A DNA stretch of 63,311 nt, counting the filler, from Hyphochytrium catenoides (lineage: Eukaryota; Protista; Hyphochytriomycota), in the NCBI GenBank assembly GCA_900088475.1. It is 13 parts of 13 records of this genome, joined end to end, with 100 filler letters (N's around TTAATTAATTAA, not from the genome) between each part and the next. Parts side by side here need not be neighbours in the genome. Positions count along the whole stretch, not along the records: positions 24,921 to 30,871 come from FLMG01001773.1; positions 30,972 to 34,834 come from FLMG01002256.1; positions 34,935 to 40,268 come from FLMG01001945.1; 10 more parts are not named here. One strand, given 5' to 3'. The notes beneath the pieces are model-generated. The model was not told where the DNA came from. It was given only the letters and a program-made list of their open reading frames with translations, and ran no database searches. This document shows positions 27,313 through 39,016 of this stretch, one piece after another. A program made the translations under genes and the position numbers. Positions within the stretch are counted from its first letter, which is position 1. Each line of letters begins with the position of its first letter.

Positions 27313-27518
27313 AGCCGATTGCCTCACCAAGCCTTTACCTGCTCCTCTCTTTCGGACTGCGCCCTCACCTTGGAGTGCTTTCTCCTAGTATCAGTACTCT
27401 TGCCACTACCCACCTAGCTTCGTCTGAGGGGGAAAGAGTGGGTGAGACCGACAATTAGGCGAGTTAATTCGACCCTCACCACTGATGATCACCACCACTG
27501 ATGATCCAGAGAAGCTAG

Positions 27519-30500
27519 ACACAGGAATCGCGATAGAACCGGAAGTTTTGCGGAAATGGAATAAATGTATGGTGAAACCTTTTTACCCTAAGCTTTTGTT
27601 GTGACAGGGAACTCTCGTGAATGTGAGTTCACATGAAACTTTCCCCATCAGGCGGCTCCACGATATCCCCAGGGGCTGCCAAGCCCGCCATTAAACCCTT
27701 CCATTCACTTTTCAAGTCAATGTGCACAAGAAAGTATCTCTGTAAACATTTTCCATACTTTAATCAAGTCACTTCCTGAGCTGGAAAAGAATGTTAGGGT
27801 TACTGTCATGGAACTTGAGAAAGTATGCAGGCACGTCGGTATCTCGAAGAGCCTGCCGTGTATAGTACAGAGTACTCCTCGCGGTACTACTACAGGCCGT
27901 GCTGCAGCAACGACGAGAAGAAACCAAAGGCACCATGAAAGACGACGGATGGAGGAAAGATCGTGCGTCAGGAGAGAGCGCCGCCGCCGACGGAGGATGG
28001 ACGACAAGAAGAGAAGCTCCTCCGTCGTCCGCCCTTCTTTTTCCTCCTCGTTTCTTCTCCTTACCTCTCCGCCACCGCTCCACCGCCGCACGCTAATACT
28101 AGTTCTGCCACCGCGGCGCTCATCATAATTATCCTTCTTCTTTCATGTTCCTCGTCATCATGCATTTCTTACGGCTAGGCGTCATCATCTTCTCATTCTC
28201 TTCTTCTTCTAGCATAACGTGGGCTGGGTTCAAGCAGTCCTCCATTGATCTTGTAAGAAGAAGAACACCAGGAGCAAAGACAGAGGAGAAGAATGACGAA
28301 GAAGAATCCGATCCCTTTGCGAAATGGGTCGTCAACAACAACAAGGAAGCAGCAACAACAACAAGGGGTTCAAGGACCTCTTTACAAGTTCTTTACTGTG
28401 CTTCCCCCCGTCACCGCCATTTCTTGTCCCCCTTCAGCCCAGTCATCATCATCATCAGCAGCTTTCTCCCTTTTCCTCATCCTTATCCTCCTCCTCCTGC
28501 TAGCGAAACCTCCGGTGGCGTCTCCTCGTCCTCGTCAAACAAAGAGATTACTGCAGTAGTAGCAGTCGACGATGCGGCTAGTATTGCCAAGGACGCTGAA
28601 AGCAGAAGCAGTAGTACCTTCTATGCGGGAAGGACAAAGGTGTCGTCGGATTGGCGAGATACTAACCTTCTAGAGCGAGTGGCCAAGCATAATAGACATG
28701 AGTCCGGGCGCTCACAGGGCGAAATAGCTGGAGCGATTGGCATAAGCAAGCAGTGTCTCTATCAATATATGAGAAATGAGAACTCAGCTTGCAGGCCGCT
28801 TGGAATGCTTGCAGTGAAAAACGTAGAACAGAGACTGTGGGTTTATTTTCGGGGAGTAGCTGCTCCCGAGCCAGCTTCGGTACTTGTAGAGAGGCAGAGA
28901 GCAGAGGAACGTCGGCTTGCATCTCAATTAGCTGAGAAAGGCGACGTCAACGAGAAGAGCATCCTGATTCTGGTCAGTCTTAGTGATGTTGCTCATTTCA
29001 TGCGAGGTGTCAGTGTGGCCATCCTTTGCCTTGGTCAAGAAGTTGACGATCCCGCCTGGCGTCATGTCCCTTCTTGGCACAAATCTAGCCGCGATGCAAG
29101 CAACATTATCCCTCTGAGGCTTGGAATGACAGGAAGGACTACGTTCACAGGTGGTCCTCTTGGAGGAAGAACGTTTGAGTGGAAGATTTTAAAAAACCCG
29201 AGGCACAGCAGCCTAAACTCAACGCCCCTCTACTGCTGCTTTGAGGTGAACACTAGCAACATCCCTAGAGAGCGTTCTGCTATCTACGGATTTCCCCCTG
29301 AAGGGATGAAGCCAGGAGGCCTCTCCAGACCAACTTATCTGTGGAAAAATGTCTGCCATCACATCAGTAAGATAGAGAAAAGGCCCTTTTGCTACCCTCT
29401 TTACTGGCCAACTTGCTCAAGCTCTCATGGGGTTCAGTCACCCAACAATCACGCACCTGCTTCAGAACGTCCCTAAGCAGACTGTTAACATTCCAAGCAC
29501 TACCTTCTTAACGGATCCTGCGAAACTCTGTGACAGGCGCCTGAGGGACCTTAAAGTCGTGGCGGACATAGGAAGCCCTGGAAGGGGTATGCATCATGGA
29601 CTTCCCCATGGAAGTCTTTCGCGTCCTTATGGAAGATAGCGCTTTCTATCGGAAATATTTTGGTACCCTACTCTATCAAGGCTCGTTGAGGGCTATAAGG
29701 CTGAATATACTTCTCCAGATATGAAGAGGTATATTCTATCCCTCTTGGCACGAGACTTTTCATATGGGACCTTACGCAAGGTTCTCGACTGCTCCTACCT
29801 GGGCTATCTATCAAGCACGCATTCATGCCATGACAGAGGGAGTTGCAGCCATTCCCAGGCGATACGAGGGTGTTACAACAAGAGACCGCGTGAGCATGAG
29901 ATATCTAACCCTTCGCATCATGGTGGGGTACTGCGATACTCCCCTACACTACGCAATGGGAAGCCAGGCAGTCACTTATTGTCGGACAACGTAATGGCGC
30001 TACATGAGGAGTACCGCAAGCAAGGACACACGTACCCAATCACCAGCAACAAGGCACTCGCAACGGGCTGCTCAGAAGGTTAGCATTTGCTCGGCCTGCC
30101 AGCAGATAAAGAAAGGCCACAAGTGCACCAACCTCTGTACCACATGCGCAAGGCCCAAGACTGCAGGTCATCGTTGCTTGAAAAGTGAAAGTGTTACAGT
30201 AGTGGGCACTACTACTGCAGCGACAGCGCATAGATGTTCCTAGTAGAGCTCTCGGCCTCCTCCGATAATGTCTATGTCTAAAGTTTAGAGTACACCGCGT
30301 CGCCCCTGCCGCTCCTGCCTCTTTGCTTGACACCTTCGCTTTGCCAAAATAGTCGAAACAATCGTTCTTTGTTTACTTTCTACAAGCTGTTCACATTGGA
30401 AGAGGACAGGAAGAAGGAGCAGTAGGCGAGCAGGCATCATCACACCCTCGGACGCTTCCGCCCGTCTAAGCCATAGTTAATGTTCCTCCTAATGTTAACT

Positions 30501-30573
30501 ATGTATACATTTGACAACCCTCCATTGCCACCAAAAAATCAAAGTTTCTTCCGGCTCTTTCAAAATTCATGTT
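27519..30573 (+). mobile_element. TIR DNA transposon (internally decayed), CTAG target-site duplication
   Basis: CTAG at 27515-27518 and 30574-30577; the sister copy has one CTAG (GAAG-CTAG-GTATGAGG, ~26582). Imperfect TIRs: left ACACAGGAATCGCGATAGAACCGGAAG, right (reverse complement) A-ACATGAATTTTGAAAGAGCCGGAAG, 20 of 27 columns identical. Confidence 0.8.
28145..30243 (+). pseudogene. Frameshifted transposon protein: HTH + FYRN/FYRC-like + transposase-like N-terminal segment + two CxxC...GHxC fingers
   Basis: HTH: RSQGEIAGAIGISKQCLYQYM. FYRN-like: VAILCLGQEV...SWH...IIPLRLG...RTFEWKIL...PLY. FYRC-like: SRPTYLWKNVCHHI.../...MGFSHPTITHLLQNVP. Then LVEGYK...KRYILSLLARDFSYGTLRKVLDCS/TWAIYQARIHAMTEG...RDRVS, and CSACQQIKKGHKC / CTTCARPKTAGHRC. 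True start uncertain. Confidence 0.6.
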
Positions 30574-31651
30574 CTAGGCATGAGGGGGAGTGTTGAATGC
30601 TACAATGTTCGTTGTTAGTAGTACAGTAGTCACTCTCTATACACACCTAGCTCTCAGGGACATAGACGTTACGGGTACACCTGTGCTATGGGAAAGAGGG
30701 ATGTGAGAAGAATTTCTAGAAGAACACAGGAACAACAGAGGAGAGAGAGATGATGAGGGAAGCTGGCCGAGCAAAGATCTTGAGACCAGACTCTCAGGAC
30801 TCAGCAATGATTCAGAGAAATCTCATTCATAGATCAATACCCAGTCCCTTTGTTATCGTTTCATCTAGATTNNNNNNNNNNNNNNNNNNNNNNNNNNNNN
30901 NNNNNNNNNNNNNNNTTAATTAATTAANNNNNNNNNNNNNNNNNNNNNNNNNNNNNNNNNNNNNNNNNNNNAGAGAGAGAGGAGAAGAGAGAGAGAGAGA
31001 GAGAGAAGTTCTACTGTAGAAGATAAAGATGAGTCCGGATTTAGAGGTTCATCACCGATTCTTCTAAAAACCCTAACCCTAACCCCTCAAGCACGTACAA
31101 GGTATGTCCATCTAGTATGTAGGCAATAGAGATGCAACGAAATCAGCTTCTAACCGAAAGTAATTTGCCTGCCCGAAGCTTGAACGCAATTTCCCGAAAT
31201 CGTTCCTTCTTGGCTTTCTGAAGGTTGGCGACTTGCAGACGGAGTTTCCAGATTCTCACCGATTCTGAGGCTTGAGACTCGTCATCGGAGCCTGGAGAAC
31301 GGGCATCTGTCGTGTCCCTTTGAGGGTAAAGAGCTCTCTCAGTCAAGTCTCGGATAAAAGCAGGGCAAGGTAGAAGATCTCCTGAGCCACAAAGCTCTTT
31401 CAACCGAGGGAGCTCGGAGAACAGAGAACGCTGAGTCATCTTGAGGCAAGACAAGCTTACCGTTTGTGTCCACGTCAGTTGGTAAGAGCTCTGCCTTGCT
31501 GAGCCCCCAGTTCAGCCCGCGCAGCGCAGAGCAACTCTTACTTTGAGCTTTACCTTGGGTCCATTAGTAGCGTGAAAGCTGTAGCGCTGGTCCTTATCCG
31601 CGTGCTCAGCGGAAGTCTGTTTGGGAAGGATTAATCAGACAGATAACTGCA

Positions 31652-32848
31652 ATGCCGCGGGGAGAAGAGGAGCTTCAGGCCGAAGTCCTGGGCCTGGAAG
31701 AGCTTTGCGAAGAAGTACGAGAGCTCTGTACTGCCTCTTCCAAGCCCAAGAACGCGGTGGCGGAGGACGAAAGCAATGGCTCTGCGCCTCTCATCTACTT
31801 TGGCAGCGACAACATGGCAGGAGTCAGCCCCGAAGTCCTGAAGGTATTAGAGGCCGTAAACATAGGTCAGGCGGCGCCTTACGGTGCTGACAGCATCACA
31901 AAGACAGCACAAGCGCTCGTTAGAGAGGAGCTAGGGCTAGGGCCAGACTGCGGTGTGTACTTCGTCCACACAGGCACCAGCGCCAACATCCTAGCTCTCA
32001 AGGCCGTGCTCCATACTTTTGACAGTGTCATCTGCGCCTCTTCCTCGCATCTCGTGACCCATGAGACAGGGGCTCTGGCTGCCATCACAGGCTCAACGCT
32101 TCTTCCTCTGCCGTCTGCGGACGGGAAGATCACTCCTGAGGCGATAGAACAAGCCGTGAAGAGCCAGACGATGTGGGGCCCACACGCAACGCGGCCTCGC
32201 GTGGTCTCTCTTTCTCAGCCCACAGAAGTAGGGACAGTCTATAGAAGAGAGGAGATTCAAGCCATTTCTGCTCTTTGCAAGAAGCTAGGCCTTCTTTTGC
32301 ATATGGACGGCTGCAGACTGTACAATGCGGCAGCTTCTCTCTCTCTCTCGGACTCCCCTCTCTCTCCTCCCTCACTTGCCTCTCTCACTAAGGAGCTGGG
32401 CGTCGATGTTCTCTCTCTCGGCGGAACGAAGAACGGGCTTATGATGGGAGAATGCGTTGTCTTTCTCTCTCCCTCTCTTGGAGAGAACTTCCCATACATT
32501 CATAAGCAAGCGCTTCATCTCCAGAGCAAGATGCGCTTTCTCTCCGCGCAGTTTCTCCCTTTCTTCCGTCTCGGGCTGTGGAGAAAGAATGCGTTACATA
32601 GTAACTCTATGGCCAAACTGCTGGGAGAGGGTCTTCTCTCTCTTGGTTTCTCTCTTCTGCAGCCTGTAGAGAGTAATATGGTCTTTGCAGAGCTAGGAGA
32701 GACTGTTAAGGAGCTGCAGAAGCGCTTTGTTTTCTATGTGATGGAGGAGAAGAGAGGGAGAGTCCGCCTTGTGACCTCTCCTTTTACGCTGAAGAATGAG
32801 GTGGAGCAGTTTCTTTCTGCTCTGTCGGCAAGTAGACAGAGCAAATGA
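31652..32848 (+). CDS. ltaE: Low-specificity L-threonine aldolase (PLP beta-eliminating lyase family), bacterial LtaE type, intronless
   Basis: 398-aa ORF with FGSDN, YGAD, GTSANILAL, HETGA, QPTEVGTVY, LHMDGCR..N and DVLSLGGTKNG (PLP lysine), then SKMRFLSAQF. Confidence 0.93.
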   Translation: MPRGEEELQAEVLGLEELCEEVRELCTASSKPKNAVAEDESNGSAPLIYFGSDNMAGVSPEVLKVLEAVNIGQAAPYGADSITKTAQALVREELGLGPDCGVYFVHTGTSANILALKAVLHTFDSVICASSSHLVTHETGALAAITGSTLLPLPSADGKITPEAIEQAVKSQTMWGPHATRPRVVSLSQPTEVGTVYRREEIQAISALCKKLGLLLHMDGCRLYNAAASLSLSDSPLSPPSLASLTKELGVDVLSLGGTKNGLMMGECVVFLSPSLGENFPYIHKQALHLQSKMRFLSAQFLPFFRLGLWRKNALHSNSMAKLLGEGLLSLGFSLLQPVESNMVFAELGETVKELQKRFVFYVMEEKRGRVRLVTSPFTLKNEVEQFLSALSASRQSK

Positions 32849-33622
32849 AGAGAGGAGAAGGAACACTTGTTCTCTACGTTAAAAGTTCTTTCCATCTCTC
32901 TCTCACGTCTTTCTCTCTCAAATACCACTCTCTCTTTCTCTCTCCTTTCTTTCCCTCTCTTTCTCTCGCGAGAGCGAGACCTTAAAAAGCAGCCTTTCCT
33001 CCTACGAGTCTCTTCGCTATCTCAACGTGTAGCTGGAAGGAAAAAGAGCAAAGAGGAAGAAAGCGGAGGAGCAGGTTGGGTTGGCTCAGAAGAAGAGGAG
33101 ACAGCTTCTCTTAACAAGGGAAAGCACCTGAGAGGCCAAAAAAATGCTGATCAGGAGAATGGCGGCCCCTGAGTAGCGAGAAAAAAGAGAGAGGGGTGGG
33201 GTGGGGTGGGAGAGAGAGAGAGAGAGAGAGAGAGGATATTTACATCTACGACTTTTCTCTCTTTCTCCCTCCTTCTCTCTCGCTTATTCTGTCTCTATCT
33301 ATCTGTCCAAGCTCATTCTTCAAAAAAATCGGTGATATCTTTTATTTGAATGGTTTAAAAAGAGACAGTCTCTCTCTTAGCACTCGACCCTTTGCCCTGC
33401 CGAGAGCAAGCGAGCGGCATAATAGGCAGAGTGAGAAGAGAAGGGTTGGGAGAAGAGAGAGAGAGAGAGAGAGAGATGTCGCCGGGGCTGCGCCTTGGCC
33501 TAGAAATGGCCTTTAAAAATTTAGTCCGCCCACTGACATGCAGAGAGAGGGAAAGAGAGAGAGAGAGAGCCTAAGACAAGAGTTTCTCTGACATCCTTCA
33601 GCTAGCTGGGGAGACCTCCACT

Positions 33623-34616
33623 CTAAGCGGTGACCGTGAGGCGGATGGGCTGCAAGAGAGAGGGAATAAAAGGAGTTTGATGTCAGATCAGACATTCCAC
33701 GAGTGGATATTGCAAACGGTCTGTCTGTACAAGTGTCTCTCTCTCTCTCTCTCATTCTCTCGTACCTTGGAGAACCAGTCGAGTCTTCCTTGGATCACGC
33801 GGCCGTTGCTCTCAAATCTCCTGTGAGACAGATTGAAGGAAGCATAAGGAACAGGATGAGATCGACAGAGAGAATGTAAGAGAGAGAGAGTGTGTGTGTT
33901 CCATAAGGCTGGGGAAGACCAAGAGAGAGAGAGAGCGGCAGCAGGCTTACCAGTTAGGATCAGTTCTGACATGGGCGAGGTGGGACTGAGGTCCAACTCC
34001 TGCTAGATCGTACTGCTTGTTGGGCGTCTTTCCCCAGTCCTAGAGGAGAAGGAGGGAGAGAGAAACGAGGAAACAATGTGAGAAGAGACAAGAGACAACG
34101 AGAGACAGGAAAAAATAAAATTAAACAACGGAGAGAGACACGCATCAAAGGACTTGAAGAGGAGTCGTTGATGGGTCTAATGAGAGGGAGTAGAGAGAGA
34201 GAGAGAGGGGGAGAGCGACAGAGAGAGAGAGAGAGTGCGAGGGAACAGAGAGAGAGAAGGGCTACCTGATCTACACGAGCGCGCGCGTAGACAAGATACT
34301 CTCCCGCGGGGAGGGAAGGAACCTTGTCCGTGAAGAGCGCATCGTAAGGCCTGGCCTGGCGATCAACTGTAGGCTGGGACAGCCATCTAAACAGAGAGAG
34401 AGTGAGTGTGAGAAAGAGAGAGTGAAAGAGAGAGAAAGAACGAGAATGAGAGGATATATCACTGTATACATAAGAGAGAGAGAGAGTGAGTCCAAGAAAG
34501 CGTGAGCCAAAGAGGCAGCCGCGGGAGAAGGAAAACGAACCTTGTGGCCTTCTGCTGGTTTGGAGTCGAGGCGACAGGCGTGCCTTCAACGTCTTCCGCC
34601 TTAGGCCAGAAGGAAG
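33623..34616 (-). CDS. 3' exons of a spliced gene; C-terminus resembles stramenopile M14 zinc carboxypeptidases
   Basis: Five short GT-AG exons give ...YLVYARARVDQDWGKTP...GPQSHLAHVRTDPNWRFESNGRVIQGRLDWFSKPIRLTVTA*. Coding status is solid. The family call is recalled from the VDQ.W...PQSH...RT.P.W...GR..W.S pattern; the catalytic part is not in the contig. Confidence 0.55.
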
Positions 34617-36076
34617 CTAAGGAAGCACATTAGAGAGAGAGAAAAGACGCAAAGAGAGAGAGGGATACAGAGAGAGAGACAGAGAAAGACAAAGAAGGAA
34701 GATGGCTGTCAAGGGAACGTAAAGGATTGGCATGGGCCGCGGAAATAAAGGTGAGGGGGGCACTGAATCTTCAAGGGACAAAACGCAATGAGTAAAAGAG
34801 AGAGAGAGAGAGAGATGGAGAGAGAGAGAGAGAGNNNNNNNNNNNNNNNNNNNNNNNNNNNNNNNNNNNNNNNNNNNNTTAATTAATTAANNNNNNNNNN
34901 NNNNNNNNNNNNNNNNNNNNNNNNNNNNNNNNNNGAGAGAGAGAGAGAGGACGAGAGCATAGCCGCCCAGTCGACCGTTATGCATGACAAACATTAGGAA
35001 TGAGCCTTGACTTACAGTAAGAGCGCCGCTTCATAACCTGTACGCCAACTCGTACGGTATCCCGTATCTATTGTCATTTATCAAGGATTCTTGACTGTAT
35101 TCTTAAATGTTCCATAACATCGACGACGCACCATCACCGCTCCTGTAGAAAAAGCTTCAAGGAAAGCGATGGCAGAGACTCTGTCCGAAGCTTTTGAAGA
35201 TTTTTATAGAAGTCTCCAGAGCTCTGTCCGGAGATGCAGATCGGGAGCTCTGTCTGGAACTTGAAGAGTGTCACGAGGTCTGTCTGAAGATACCCCATTG
35301 TTTAGGTCTTTGAATCTGAAGACTATCGCAGTCACCCTCGTTGAACCCATGAAAGGAGATCAGCTTTGGCGCTCTGCTTCGGGCGCACCTGAACATCTGA
35401 AGCTCTCACTGAACTTAACATCTTTCTTGGAGGTCCATCTAAGACTAGATACGAGATTCCTGAGTTTCCTTCTCAGACTATTTATAAGCTGACGGCTTCC
35501 TAGACCGTCGCCATAGAGAAAGAAAGCACGAGATGAGGGAGGCTGCTACACATACTTCGTCTCTCCCTAAGGTAATGCTCGACGAAACACCATAGCATTG
35601 GGTAGTAAAGATTTCAGGGCTAGCGGAGGGAGAAAGACAAAGAGAGAAAGAGAGAGAGTGAAGGGACGGAGAAAGAAGAGCAAGGGAGCTCACGACTCTA
35701 TAGAGGTTGTCCGATAGCTTACCAATAATATTGCTCTGATAGTGAGGAGAGACGCGAGGAAATGAGGTCAAAAAGACTATCTTCAATCTCTCTTTTCCCT
35801 CTGCCTCTCTTTATCTGTCACGGGCCCCTGGCACCTTCTCTCGCCCTCTCTCCTGCCCTTCTCTCCGTGCCCTGCTGAGGCATTGCAGCCACCGCCATCT
35901 CTGTTTATAACGAGATTCTGTCTATCTTCAACTCCATAAACTCCATAAATATACTTCTCCTCTTTCGCTCTCTCTTCTCCCTTCCTCCTCTCCACGCACC
36001 TTCTCTCGCTCTCTCTCTCTCTCTCTCTCCTTCTCTTCCTTCCTTCCTCCGCTACAATTTCTCTTTCAGCTGGTCA

Positions 36077-37582
36077 TTAGTTTAGGCCAGACGACCGCTG
36101 TCGACTCTGATAAGAACGAACTATGGCTCCGAAAAAATCGTCATCCGTCTAATAGAAGAGAGAGTAGAGGAGAGAGAAGAACAAGGAGAGAGAGAGAGAG
36201 AGAGATTAGAAGATAAGCGCAAGAGAGAGAAGAGAGATACGGTACAAGAGTTGCAGATACGGAGAAAGCGAGAGAGGGACAGAAGAAGAGGTAGAGAGAG
36301 AGAACGCGGAAGAGATAGGTTAGGGTCAGATCTTGAGGTTAAGTCTGAGGAAGAGAGAAGAATCTCCCGTGAAGCTACGAAGGTCAAACAGGCCGCGGGC
36401 ACTGAGGAAGTTATCGACATTTGACAACAGGAGAGACAAGAGAGAGGAAGGTGAGAGAGAGAGAGAGGAGAAAGAGAGAGTACGTACCTTGATCAGCTCT
36501 ATGACCGCAGCGCGAAGCCTCTCTCTATCCACAGCTCCATCCTGCTGTCCCACAATGGGCCGAGCAGGCTTTGGAACAGGAGAAGGGAGAGGGAGAGAGG
36601 AAGAAGAGAGAGAAGAAGAAGAGGAAAGAAGAGTACTTGGGGTCAGGAGAGAGGGAGCGCGAGCTGGAGGCGCGGGAGAGGGAGTGGAGATGCGTGTCTC
36701 TCCTACGGAAGTCTCTAAGCTGTCCATATCAAGCTGTCGGGGCGTCAGGAGAGACCGTGATGAAGAGGAAGAAAGAGAAGAAGACTTGCTTCTCCCATTG
36801 GCTGGAGTGCCGTCAAGCTGTCTCTCTCTCTCTTCAGAGCCGCTTGACGAACCCTTCAGCATGCCTAAGATTTGTGCGCCGGCGTCGCTTGGTGGAGTCT
36901 ACGGATGAAGAGGAGAGACAGAAAGAGAGGATGAGACATGGAACTCGAACTCCTTTTTTCTTTCTCTTGTTTTTTCCTTCCGTTGAGTGGGTCCAGCATA
37001 AGCTCGTCTCTTTTTCTTCCATATTGTTTCTCCTCCTATCTCTTCTCTTCTATTCTTGTTTGTGCACTAGCTCTCTCTCTCTCTTTCTCTCTCTTTCCTT
37101 GTGTCTCTCTGTCAAAAAATCTTGCTACTCTTTAAGCCTCTATCAAACTATATCCGCCGTCTTTCGTTCCTCAGGCTCTCTTTCTCTTTCTCTCTCTCTT
37201 TCTTCTCTCTCCTTCCCCTTCCCTCCTCCTCTTTCTCTCTCTCTCTTTCTCTCTCTTTCTTTGGTTGCCTCCTTTGTCGCGACCTTGTTGTCCCGTTGAA
37301 CGTCCCTTTCCTCCGCCTCCGTCAGCGGCGATGCTCGGGTGACCGCAGCAGCAACTTTTCCGTGGGATTTTGCAATCCTTGAGAGAGAGAGAGAGAAGAG
37401 AAAGGAAGAAGAGCGGGTGAGAGAGACAGAGACAAAAAGAGAGAGGGGGAGGGAGAGGAAAAGAGAGAAAGGGAGAGAGAGAGAGAAAGAGAGGGTGCTG
37501 GGAAAGAGAAATAGGAAGACTTAGCGTTGGAGAGTGAGAAAGGAGAGCTCATGAAATTGTTTACTTACACTAGCAGAAAGAC

Positions 37583-37614
<32 letters not shown>

Positions 37615-38358
37615 AAGAGAAAGAGAGAGAGAGGAGGAGGAAAAAGGAAGAGATCGACAAGTGTACAGAGAGGGATCCAAAATAGGAAGAGACAGCAAAA
37701 AAAGCAAAAGAGAAGAGAAGATCGGGTTAAAAGGTGCGAGAAGGAAAGAGATGTGAACAGAGGGAGAAAGAAGGTGCTAAGAACCTATACGACAGCGGCA
37801 GAGGGCGCAAACTGAGATAGAGAAGGATCAAAGGGAGAGGGACAAAGAGAGAGCGAAAGAGAGAAAGTGCACAGAGAGAGAGAGTCGTTACCGCTTCAGA
37901 AGGGAGGCAATTAGATTTCTCTCTTTCTCCACATAGAACCAAATGGCGTGCACGATATTGTCAGGATCCTTCTCCTAAACCACAAGGCAAAAAATTGCAC
38001 CCGAGAGAGAAGACAGATTTGTTGGGGGAAGAGAGAGATGGAGAAGAGAAGCATTGTCAGAAACAGGCTCTTCATAGTAAGAGAGAAAGAGAAAAAGAGA
38101 GAAAGGAGGGAGGGAGAATCACGAAAGAGCGAGCGCGCAACAGAAGAGAGGGAGATACATACACATCAAGGTAGAGAGAGAGAGAGAGAGAGCGTGGGAG
38201 AGAGAGAGAGAGACAATAGGGATGCACCTTGCTCTTATATCTGAAGATGAGATACTGTTCCATAATGTCGTTCTGGAAGTCTTCGGAGATGGGCTGAATG
38301 AGGTTCGTCGTGCTCAAGCGGTTCAGAACGACCATCTGGAACCGGGGAGTCGTGGTGC

Positions 38359-38414
<56 letters not shown>

Positions 38415-38752
38415 GGTGGGTCAGTGGGTGAGGGAGGGAAGTGGGGGACAAGAAAGAAAATGTGAGAGAAGAAGCAATGAGACGATCTTTTCGAAAACGC
38501 TAGGGAAAGAGAGAGAAGAGGAAGCAAGAAGAAAGCGACAGCACGAGAGAAAGATGTAAAGAGAGGAGTGGGGGAGAGAAAAGAGAGAGATTTGATTAAG
38601 AGGACGGCAGCAAGAGAAAGGAGAAGAAGAAGAAGAGCGTAGAGCCAAGACCAGCAGTACGGAAACTGCTCGGTCAGACGTTATCAAGGACACAGGAAGA
38701 GAGAAAGAGAAAATTAAAAGAAAGAGAGAGAGGCAGAGAGACAGAGACCACG

Positions 38753-38795
<43 letters not shown>

Positions 38796-38984
38796 CAGAG
38801 AGAGTGACGGAAACGAGAAGAAAAAGGGAAGGGACAGAGGGAGAGGGACGGAGGCAAGAGAGTGAAGATGGACGAAGAGCCGCTAAATTACCGCTTCACT
38901 ACAAAGAGAGAGCCTTCAATCCCTTTCCTCGCCTTTAGAAGAGGAGACAAGCATTTTTGAGAGAGGAGTGACAACCTTCGCTCT

Positions 38985-39016
<32 letters not shown>

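Larger units (their letters stand above)
26675..30871 (+). mobile_element. Tandem second copy of the Copia 3' end (RNase H tail-PPT-LTR), interrupted by two insertions
   Basis: 26675-26886, 27313-27518 and 30574-30668 align collinearly with 26180-26676. PPT at 30581-30590. The LTR starts TGTTGAATGC at 30591 and runs to the contig end. Confidence 0.9.

Noticed and set aside
31066-31086. CCCTAACCCTAACCC telomere-like motif
   Set aside because: Only about 2.5 units and internal to the contig.
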